This document shows positions 53,434-64,000 of a stretch of 64,000 nt of DNA, piece after piece. The notes beneath the pieces are model-generated. The model made no database searches. It was not told the DNA's origin and saw only the letters and a program-made list of their open reading frames with translations. The stretch comes from Antedon mediterranea (Eukaryota > Animalia > Echinodermata). Made by a program: the position numbers and the translations under genes. Location of the stretch: NCBI RefSeq assembly GCF_964355755.1, contig NC_092671.1, forward strand, positions 23,758,070 to 23,822,069, in the 5' to 3' direction. Every line of letters begins with the position of its first letter. The stretch's first letter is position 1.

Positions 53434-53828
53434 AACGTCATCCGCCAGAAAGGCCTCCTCCACCAAATTTCCAACAGGGAACAACTGCGCCACGACCAAC
53501 TGCTGCACCACGACCAACTGCTGCACCACGACCAAGTGCTGCACCACAACCAAGTGCTGCACCACAACCAACTGCTCAACAAGGAATGCCTTACCCTACA
53601 CAACCTGGGTACCCAGGTTACTCTACACAACCAATGTATACACCACCTTACACAGGATATACTCCTATGCCTCTAGGATACAATCCATATAGTCAACCTC
53701 AACAAGGTGCATACACCCAACAACCGTACGCTTATTCTCAACAGCCATTTGGTCATGCCCCATACCCACAGCAACCAGGGTATCCCCAACAGCAAGCTCC
53801 TTACCCATATCCTCAACAGCCTCGCTAG
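53434..53828 (+). CDS. PDCD6IP: ALIX exon 15, proline-rich domain to TAG stop
   Basis: cacag acceptor, phase 1 matches exon 14; PPERPPPP...YPGYST...YPQQPR*. Confidence 0.9.
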
Positions 53829-56800
53829 TTAACTTACCACTTAAACTACTCGACAATGCTACTATAGAATTAGCTTTTAGATTTTTAATATTAAATATAA
53901 TGTAAACTAAATAAATATATTTAAAATGATTATTTGATTGTCTAGTAGTAGTAGTACCACTTTTAAAGCACAAGAAAATATCAAAAAATAAACATCAAAT
54001 TTAAATAATAGTATGTAAACAAATAATCAGTAATTAAGTATATTGATCGATTTTGTTGGATGTAATTAAAGTTTAAAATACTTGCACATGTGTTTTGTAC
54101 AATTTACAGTATATATGTGAAAACAATTTCATCAGATATCATTAGAAAACTTATGTCAAGACAGTTTTGTCAAGAAAATTGGTGTGCATATTTGTCCCTG
54201 TTAATCATATTTTTCTCTTGTTTCCTTATGCATATCAACTCTTTGATTTTGCGTTTTAATAAATCTTGTTCTTTATTCATTATGTCTATATTATTCCAAC
54301 TGGGAATATGATTGCATTGATTTATGAAATCAGTTATTGCTGATTTATGTAGTTTAGATGAAGAAGGTATAATTGACACGCATGTTGGTATTTTATTTCT
54401 TCGTCAATTTAATTGGTTGGTTTGAAACATGTTGGTCTAATCGTCACCTTAACAACCTATCAACTGAAGAAGTCTAGCTGTTTGCTTAGTAAAACTGTCT
54501 TGACATGTAAGTTTTTAACTGGATTATAATTTGCATACAAGATTAGAATAAATATCCCATGAAATCTTTAAATTTAAGATACAATATCATCATTATGCTA
54601 TTCAATATTTTTGTAGTAGTAAAATCTTGTAAGCCGCATTGAAATGTGCTAATTTTGAAATTTTCCAAGCAAAATAAACCTTTTTATTGTGTCCAATACA
54701 TTAATATGTTATTTAAATAATTTGATTTTAATGACAGTGGTATGTTTAGTATATATATATATATATATATAGCCTATTTTGATTAACGGAAAGTTTTTAT
54801 CAATTGCATAATTGTAATTTCCATGAATTGTTAATTTTTATATTCATTTACAAATTTAGAAATGCTGTAATTAATTTTTGTTTAATTTATTTTGTAAATA
54901 ATTGGTTATCAATTCTTTGATTGATCCACAAATTGTGGTGGCAGAAAAATTGTTTTGTGGTCAAATCCAATCAATCTTGTTACTCTATCCCTAAAAGTTA
55001 ATGCTGTTCTGGATTAAATAAAAATTGTAGACTTTTGTTTTAAAATATCATTCTGTGTATATTTAGGGCCCTTCAAATTTGCTTTTCACCTGACCTGATT
55101 TTGTGATCTTAAAAATAAAAACAAACAGAAGATGACTGATGTTTCCAATTTACTTTTAATATTAATTAATACTTTTGAAATTAAAAAAATAATAAATATA
55201 GAATGTGCAGTATCTAGCATATATGTATGGTACATTGATTATACATTGGTATCATTTTAAAGGTATTCATATATTGTAAAGAGCTAGCCTTGTGCAACTA
55301 GTCAAAGGTCAAAAACGTATATAATTTATTTCGCCAAATACAAAAACAAACATACATACACTATAGAACAAATCCTAAATGTTATAGAAATACAATTATA
55401 TATTAATTACATATTTTGAATTAATTTGTCACCAAATAATATATTCAAATACCAATATAATGTTTTGAATGCTATACTTTACAATCTACAAGATTGATTC
55501 TAAATTTTTAAATGCTGTACCGTAATACATAATAAATAATTTTATATTGCACATGCAAGGGAAACTACATAATCCAAGATTTGAAATGCTGAAAAAATTA
55601 TCTTGATACCATCTCTACTTCCAGAGATATCTCCGTCTAAAGTTTTGGCTGTTACAATCAGTGTTTTGAGAAAACTGTCAAGTCAAGTAACAAATGACAA
55701 ATACAAACAAATAAACGGGCCTTAGCAAAAGGTTCTTCTAATTGTTTTTGTTTTTTTTAACTAGCACCTTCGATAATTAACTATTGTTCTATTATTAACA
55801 CAATTTTGCTTTCAATTTCATACATAATTTACACCATCTTTTAACCAACATACCACACAAAATGTTAAGTTTTATTTATTTATTTTTCTCAAAATAGAAA
55901 AACACCAAGGCAATAAAAAAATACTATTTCAGCTATCCTTTTCTGTAAAAATGACTTATGTCCGATTTTGTTTGCATGTGCCACATTTTATTTATATAAT
56001 ATAATTTTATAATATATATTTTTCTAAGCGGCATCTATATATAAATTTACGTAAGGGCAAAATTTGGTAAATCGCACGTTATTATTTCTAGAATGTTTAC
56101 TCGATGGTATATAAAGTTGGTTCGTTCTTTCGATACTGATTTTAACCACCTGATGTAACCCTGTTTACTAATTAAATTGAGTTCGGTAATTAGTTATTGA
56201 AAATTAAAATGAATTTAGGTTTAACGATTTGCCCCAAATAGGGTGTTTTCCGATCGTGGTATACACTGTCTAATGCATGTCCATCTTGAAAAATACGCGC
56301 ATACAATAATAGGAGGATGATTCGCATTTTCCTATTTCCTACGATAATTGTTTTTAATGGCTGAAAATCGGCTGAACAGCTCAAGCACAGCATCATAATG
56401 TTGAAGACAGGCCGATTTTCTTTAAAAAATACTATTTTTGATAGATTTAATATACGTTTATACAAATGTATTGATTTGCAATGAATGGAACATTCCAAAT
56501 TATTTGGTTTAACCATGCTTGCATACATCCATGGTTTAACACAAGTAGGTAAATTTATGGGCCCTTGGAGAATAAAGATAAATAGTATTGTAATGCTATA
56601 CAATACTGTAAATAGGTATTAAACCACTTTTGATCGCCATTTGAATCGCAAATTTCTTATTGTGTGTGTTGGACTGTTAGATATAATATAAACAAATATA
56701 CTAATCAACTTTATTACTGTGAGTGTGGGTAGCCCCTATTTTTGGATTATAAACACATAATAATATAATACTTTATTACTGAAAGTTGCTTCTCAACGTT

Positions 56801-57645
56801 TGTATTAATTAATAATTACAAAAAATATAAACGTCGTAGTGGTGTATCGTTACATGTACTTTACTATTTCAATCGACTATGACAGTGACAATTTTAACAG
56901 TTATTAAATCGGAAATGTTTTACTCTATTTAGTGGTATATTATTTATAGTGGATAATAAAGAAATATAGGCCTAAAGAATAATTTAATATAAAGAATATA
57001 TTAAAACATTTTTCCTTTTTGTATCTATCCTCATCCCCAACCCTCAACCCTAACCCTCAACCCTAATGTTAGATACAAAACACAAATTGGGTTTGTTTAA
57101 ATGAGTCCAAATCAAAAATGTGGACTCATTTTGTGACAAGTTTCTCTTTCGGAAATAATTCTTAGGATGCTAATTTTGGTTGACTACATAAATCATTGTG
57201 TCTATTTATTTGTTTCTGTAAACGACAATGTTTTATAGTCATGCGGTACGTACATTTGAATTCGCCAGTTTTTTACGCTGAAATTACTATGTGTTCGAGA
57301 ACCATCTGTGGGCACGAAGTAGATGGTACGTGAGCGAAGCGAGAAGAAAGAATAATTGTAAAGCTTGGCACTCTTGCCCCTACCGGCATAAATGTACAAT
57401 TTAGATCTTTTAAGCATTAATTTTGCCAGAGACATTCACATATTAACAATTATTTACACTTGAAGCTTTTGTCTTTGTTTTAAATTTCCTGCTTTATAAG
57501 CAACCATTTCTGCTTTGTACCCCATAGCTTTTGGAGGCGTGCCTTTATAACTATGCCTTTTGTTTGTTAACATCTTTGATTGGCTGATTTGTTTTATTAT
57601 GTAATTTTGTGACTTATATATGTTATCCTTTGTTACAATTCTCTT

Positions 57646-57680
57646 CACCTGATGATGGGCTATGCCCGAAACATGTCGTT
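57646..57680 (+). ncRNA. Second-family minimal hammerhead ribozyme (PLE relic)
   Basis: AC-CTGATGA-T-GGGC(TAT)GCCC-GAAA-CATG-TC-GT with palindromic ACATGT stem III; AATAAA just downstream. Confidence 0.65.
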
Positions 57681-57779
57681 AAAATAAATCTATATTGAGG
57701 CAGTTTTAACTTATTTGATCTTGATTTTTTTTAATGCAATTTATATCTATATACACTGTAGCATAGTGAAATTACGGGG

Positions 57780-58822
57780 CCCACATAATGTTCTATTTTT
57801 TTGGTATAATTACGTTATCAAAATCAAACATGAAGATGACAATTTCGGGAGATATACTGTATTTGAAAGGTTGGATAAAGAAACAGATGAAAAACTTCAG
57901 CTGGCCATATGATAACGTCACAACATCTGGTAGGCAAAATTACATTTCAGTAGCTTTCATAATAAGTTATAAACATCAAGGTCACCTGTAATTCTGAAGA
58001 GCTGTGAGATATTGAAATATACGGTGTAGATGAAAATATATGACCTACGTTATTCAAATTCATGAGAAAGATAAATTGAGCAAGTAATATTGAAATTTGA
58101 GAGAAAATCAGGCACAACGAGACGCTATGTTGTTTGTGATTATGATGTAAGAGAAAAAATCCCAATTTTTTTACTCAGGCCATATGAAGACGTTATAGCA
58201 TTTTTACGTCTAGTGTGTGTGAATAAATTTAAAAAATGATGGGTCATCATCGTTCATTCTGAGGAGCTATAAGAGATTCAAAATAGATATATTTTTACAC
58301 AATTTGCATTAAATTGCCCTTTGATGAGCGCAAAATGTTTACATGTGTCATTATTTCAAATTTGAAGTAATGTACCACATAAAATATGAAAAAAGTAACT
58401 GTTTAAAAACATATTTTTGGTATTATGCGAACAAAAATGCGAATAAACATTTTGAAAATGTCCTGAATGATGCTCTATTGTCATGTTTAGAAATTGATTT
58501 TGAGCATTTTAAAATGTATAGATATATACCCATGCATTTTTGTCTTTTTGACCTAAAGTTTATGTGTAGTGAATTTCACTAATATCTGGTGGTTATGAAT
58601 ATATAATTGAAACTGTGAATTCACAAAATGGGGCATTTGTGATGTCAAAGTTGATTTTTCAAGCTGAAAAGCTTACTATGGCCAGTTTTGATTAGGTGAA
58701 ACATATTTGAATTGAACATTTTCAGATAATTCGTACACAAATTCTCAACAAACAGAGATAAATAAGAAGAATAATTTATACAATAAAAATAGGTGATCAT
58801 TATATTCTAAATTATCACCTAC
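57780..58822 (-). mobile_element. HINE family A-like copy, reverse orientation
   Basis: AGGTGAT...ATCACCT hairpin at 58791-58820; internal blocks are reverse complements of 25007-26486. Confidence 0.55.
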
Positions 58823-59619
58823 AGTGAGTGAGTAATAACAACAACAATTGGGAGATTTTAGCTATTTAGGCAAAATTATGCTAGAATGACATTGCATGGA
58901 TCCAAATTGAAATCTGATATTACTTTACTGAATTTTCTTATTATTGAAAAATTGAAGAATCATTCTATAGTTATAATAAAAATATATAAGAAATCCAGTG
59001 CATGAGAAATAATCTGGGTCTGTGTTTACAATGGTTCAGACAAATTCATCATTGTGCAGTAAAATCTTCATAATAGTCCAGTCAGCGTAAAATAGTGTGA
59101 ACCTCTTGGAACAAATTGCAACATAATTTATGTATATCATCCATATAATAGTACTCAGATTGGGAAAACAAACGGTTGTAGGTTAATTTCCCCGGTATTT
59201 TTCTTCCTGGACATTTTTCCCCCACAGCTTAATATTTTATCATTATTTGAACAAATTTAAATCTGTTTTTGAAGATTATAGTACAGTAAGACATATTTAC
59301 ACAACCCAAAGACTAATACAGTTTTTTCAGGTTGGGTCCTAGTTATTTCAAAATGCCACTCCTTCAAGTTTCAAATAAAGATCAGGGGTGTAGCCTGGGG
59401 AAAATGTCTAGTGGTAGACCAAATCTTCATTTCAAAATGTCCGCTATTTTAATATAGATATTTTCTGTATTGTTCACAATATATTTGCTTATATTTGCTC
59501 TAATGCATTGAAATTTAAACTGTGACTGGGGAAAAAATACTAAAATTGTTGTGTTTTGTATATCTGACCAATTAAAATCATGCAACAATGATGTGTAGAA
59601 AAAGTTTGTGCAGATGTCA

Positions 59620-60880
59620 TATCTCTAAAATGTGTAAACATAACATTTCATAATTTTGTCATTTACTTAAAGAGGTGCACCTCCTATTTTTCAACTTTCA
59701 GTTTAGTATCAAGGGCAAGCTTTCTGTGGATTAAAAATGGCATGTTTTACAAAAAGTTTAACAATTTTAAAATGTGCTTTTAATTTCTAATCGACTTTCT
59801 ATGCGACTTTCATGACATTTTTTGTATGTCAAAAATTCTCATGCGCGTGAACAATTTTACGCATACGGTTCGCACCGAGTATGACAATAATGTTTTTTTC
59901 TCTTGAATAATGAAAATATAGGATTTATTGTCTCTTTCGTCATACCTCAACAAATTTAATATTTTCATCTTTACAGTAAATTTCAAAAAGTTTGTGGAAG
60001 CTGTTGAATTGTAGATATGAATTCATGTAAACATTTTGCTTATCAAATGTTGTGACATCATCATATGGCAAGTTGAATTTAAAAAGTCAGATTTTCATCT
60101 TTTGCGACATAGTTCATCCCATTTAAAAGAGCGTGCATCTATATTCTATGTAGTATTGAATTTCTTCAACATGTTCATATGTTCTTGCTCAGACAGTTTC
60201 CTTCCAAAATTGCTATCTTTGTGTTTTATTTTGATGACATATCATCATGCTAAAATAAAATGTGAAAACGCCCACAAATGTGAAAACAACCACAAATGTA
60301 AAAATGCATCACCCACATATGTGAAAACAGCGCCCACATATGTGAAAACAGCGCCCACAAATGTGAAAAAAAGATCGTCTTAGAACTATATGTACATAAT
60401 AGTAAGCCAACAACCACACACTACAAGCAACAATGATGTAACATGGCCTTTATCTTGAAGTATCATACACGCGCGCAGCAAATAACAAATATCGTCTATT
60501 ACGTACATTAAACCAAAGAGTTAACATGCAAATATCGCTCGCACGAGCAGCAAATGGTAATAATCCAATGCGTTAACGACGACCCTAACAGACTTATCGT
60601 GAACACACAATTATTGATTTGATTTGATTTTTTTTTTTACATTTGTTGGCGAAAAATTCTCTATTTTTTTTTACATTTGTGGGCGTTATCACATTTGTGT
60701 GCGATGGTCGTTTTCACATTTGTGGGCGCTGTTTATTACATTTGTGGGTGATGCGTTTTTACATTTGTGGTTTGTTTTCATATTTGTGGGTGAAGCATTT
60801 TCACATTTGTGAGTTCAACATGGGTCCTGTAATTTTAGATTTAGATAACTAACTCGTCAAATTGACGAGTTCAAATCTAT
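59620..60880 (+). mobile_element. HINE family B-like copy with a nested foldback element (about 60255-60820)
   Basis: 3' end GATAACTAACTCGTC-AAATT-GACGAGTTCAAATCTA; inverted arrays of CCCACAAATGTGAAAA / TTTTCACATTTGTGGG. Confidence 0.6.
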
Positions 60881-61649
60881 TATTTTCAGAAAAACGGATA
60901 AGACAGGCAATCAAAAATAAGGAATTTGGGTTTTCATACATTTGTGTGTTCCCCTTCTTCTTTGTCTTTTTTTTGTACATTATGGTCTCCCTTTCATACA
61001 CATTTGCCTCCTTTTTTGTTTTTGTAATATAGGTCTCCTTTTTTGTATTGCATCTCTGGTTGAGTTTCTAGTTTTGAAAAACCCCTTATGATAAAATGAA
61101 ATGATATTTATACCTGTAATTATAATCCAAACATTAAATTTAGAAATAAAAGAAAATATCCATAAGCCTGTACAGTGAATATAAAACCCATTGATTCTGT
61201 TTGAGTAGTTGGCAGTGAACCAATATTTTTTAGAAATGACATATTCCATATTGAATAAAGGAAGTTTGAGTTGATCTGTTAATATCTAAACTTCCTTTCA
61301 ATTATAAAAAATGCTGGAATAGATGATGCCCCAAAATGCAAAATTATTGCCCCAAATAATGCATTTTGCATGCAGTAATGTACACTTGAATGATTATCTG
61401 GTATGTTTGTTTTTTTTCATGTTGGCTGAAGAAAAAAATGTTTTGAGCATTCATTGATTCATCAAAGGAAGACAATTAGGAAGTTTGGAGTTCATCCATT
61501 AATAAATGTAGGACCTGCTGGATGCACTGCCTTATAATTTACAAGATCCTCCTGTTTGAAGGGTTAATTGTTACAAAAATATTTGATCCCGTTGTGTTTT
61601 TCATGAAATATTACAAATAGAAAGGAAGCTTTTTTGTAGTAGCTCACTA

Positions 61650-61905
61650 AGCATACAGTAGTTAATACCAAGAACCATTCTCTCATGGCTAGAGCATACA
61701 GTAGTTAATACCAAGAACCATTCTCTCATGGCTAGAGCATACAGTAGTTAATACCAAGAACCATTCTCTCATGGCTAGAGCATACAGTAGTTAATACCAA
61801 GAACCATTCTCTCATGGCTAGAGCATACAGTAGTTGATACCAAGAACCATTCTCTCATGGCTAGAGCATACAGTAGTTAATACCAAGAACCATTCTCTCA
61901 TGGCC
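61650..61905. repeat. 43-bp minisatellite, 6 near-identical copies
   Basis: AGCATACAGTAGTTAATACCAAGAACCATTCTCTCATGGCTAG in tandem, no spacers. Confidence 0.97.
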
Positions 61906-62690
61906 AGAAATCATCAAATTGCTATGTGATGGTACACTAATTGAAACAAATTCATACTGAATATTATGAGTAGACCAAATTTATAGAACAGTACCGGGGA
62001 CAGTACTATAAAACGTTTTTCTTTAAAATAAGGTCTCATCTGTTTATAACATTTGAGACAGTCCCTAAATGTTAAGATTATCCCTTTAGCTATCGACTAT
62101 GACCCTGCTGTTTTTGTTCTACAGTACTGTACTGTGATTATAAACAAGAAATATTTCTTACAAAAAACGCTGCTCGCTTATTGACGTAACACTATACAGT
62201 TTTAAAGATATATTGTCCCTCTGAAAAATATTTTTTATTTCAAATTTGTTTCTTAATGTGTCATTTTATTGTCACATAATAGTTATTTTACCTGAAAAAA
62301 TGTAATTTAAAGCAAAAAATACTTCAAATTGTCTGTCAGACAATGGTTTTTGAGTTATAATTAAATGTTTCTTTTCTCTTAGTTATTTATATCCATTACA
62401 GATGATCGTGCATTTGAAACAAGTGACTGTGTTACAGCTTTATTTATTAAACCTTATTTAGTGAGGGTAACCCTAAACAGCATAAGCTGACAATCAAGGG
62501 GCCCTCATATAAAGATCAAGGTCATCAGCCAGCTGATTTCTATTTTCTTCTATTAACTACAACAATGTCTGAAAGTGGTATTTCCTTATTTTGTTCAACT
62601 TCAATTGGCTGATGACCTTGATCTTGTACAGGTGAACTTTATGCATGCAACTGAATACCCTCTAGACTACTTAAAGTTTGCACAAGTGGA

Positions 62691-62872
62691 AATAAGGTTT
62701 ATCGAAAATTGCGTGAGCGATGCATAATGGGAAGGGTTTGGAAGCAATAGCGCCACCACCAGTATATAAAGTTTGTATTTATACGGTGGCGCTATTGCTC
62801 CCAAAGCCTTCCCATCATGCCTTGTGCAATGACGTGTCTCGCGAAATCAAGGTATTTGCGATAAACCTTATT
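62691..62872. mobile_element. Palindromic (foldback) MITE-like element
   Basis: AATAAGGTTTATCG / CGATAAACCTTATT ends; inner arms ATGGGAAGG.TTTGG.AGCAATAGCGCCACC / GGTGGCGCTATTGCT.CCAAA.CCTTCCCAT. Confidence 0.7.
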
Positions 62873-64000
62873 CTTCCACAATCTGTTGATTGGCGTCAAC
62901 CAATCAAAGGGCAAGAATCCCAAAATTGTTCAACCATGAGCACTCATAGACTCTTTTCCCAGACGTTTTGTAGGTGCAACAGCTGGACCTATAAATTATA
63001 GTGGAGTTTAGATTTTCGCATTTATGTCACTCTCTCAGTACTGAACTTGCTGCTAGCTTTATATCTGATTGCGTCATCTCTTGTGACGTAGCTGGCTAAA
63101 GCAGCAGCATGAAAAGCTACTGTATTGAATATATTCAATCATTTTACCTTATTACCTTACTTAATGAAGTACTGTATAATATAGTTTGCAGATAGCCTAA
63201 ATTTTGGTTGGGGTGGCTAAAATAATTTTCAGTCATTGGGTGGTTTGGAGTTTCACATAATATTAGTATCTCTTTGGATATCAATCTGTGATCTATTTGC
63301 TGTCTATTAACATATATCAGTCATATCCATTTTAAACAATACTGTGAACATAATTTATACCAGTATGTGTAATCATTTTCAAATTTTCTATACAAAATCT
63401 CCTCTAATAAAATCTTTTACATCCTTCACCTGTGAAATCTTTAATTTTTTTTTTTAATGTGGAGTGTTTATTAAATTGTTATTATTAATATCGTCAGTAA
63501 TCCTAAATTCTTTACTCCTTCTTAAAAATCCGCCAAAACCAGAATCTAATTTTGAAAAAAACAATAACCAAAAACAGACATTTTATTCAACATTTATTTT
63601 TTCTATCTAAATTAGGATTTTATCTGTAAAAATTGATTAAACATTACCGGTAATCCAAAATTCTTATTTTATTACATTAAGTCAAGTTTAGTTTTGGCAG
63701 TGTTGATTGTATACTGCATTTTATTACAGTACATTATTGATTGTCCTGTTGTACTGTACTACAGCCTTCATACTATGAATTGAAACATACTACAGCTTTC
63801 TTCATACTAACAGCCCATTATCTGAAATGTTACAAACATGGTGAAAAACTGTTTTTCTTACAATTCACATTCATATTTAATGATGAGGGTACTGGTTTTT
63901 AAACTATATGAAAGTAAATTATTATGTCACCATTTTGAAACATTTGAGGTGATCCCTATTTGATATTAACACATTTTCACACTAATGTATTATTATTATT

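Larger units (their letters stand above)
4128..53828 (+). other. PDCD6IP: Gene span of ALIX / programmed cell death 6-interacting protein (ESCRT accessory), 15 coding exons, 864 aa
   Basis: Exon lengths sum to 2595 nt in frame; motifs FISVPLK, YYDQL, FTWQDAFDKGSLLGG, YEQVCVLFN, KKDNDFIYH, DLFEKLVP, NLEEGTKFYNDL, PSAP and a Pro/Tyr/Gln-rich tail. Confidence 0.95.

Noticed and set aside
53403-53973. Minus-strand ORFs overlapping ALIX exon 15
   Set aside because: Antisense shadows of the repetitive proline-rich coding exon.
57034-57066. CCCTAA-like repeats as a telomere or interstitial telomeric site
   Set aside because: Only about four degenerate units.
61650-61905. 43-bp repeats as a CRISPR array
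   Set aside because: Repeats are contiguous with no unique spacers, there are no cas genes, and the context is eukaryotic.

Overview
AT-rich, repeat-dense eukaryotic (metazoan, invertebrate-like) genomic DNA; no prokaryotic features. Most of the window is one + strand gene, an ALIX/PDCD6IP orthologue (Bro1 domain, V domain, proline-rich tail). I assembled it by hand from 15 GT-AG coding exons (4128-53828; 2595 nt, 864 aa, all splice phases consistent). Introns and flanks are packed with mobile-element relics: at least five degenerate LINE-type retrotransposons, Penelope-like (PLE) pieces with minimal hammerhead ribozymes, several Helentron/HINE-like families, MITEs (PIF/Harbinger-like, hAT-like, Academ-like), a probable solo LTR, SINEs and three minisatellites. 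The most unusual structures are (i) a (TA)n-punctuated tandem array at about 260-1340, with three tRNA cloverleaves carrying the rare anticodon ATC, ends resembling PLE tails, and two flanking hammerhead-bearing PLE termini; and (ii) a chimeric 5S rRNA + tRNA-headed SINE-like element in the last intron, whose 5S helix I is kept by compensatory changes. Transposon family names are pattern-based, not database-confirmed.
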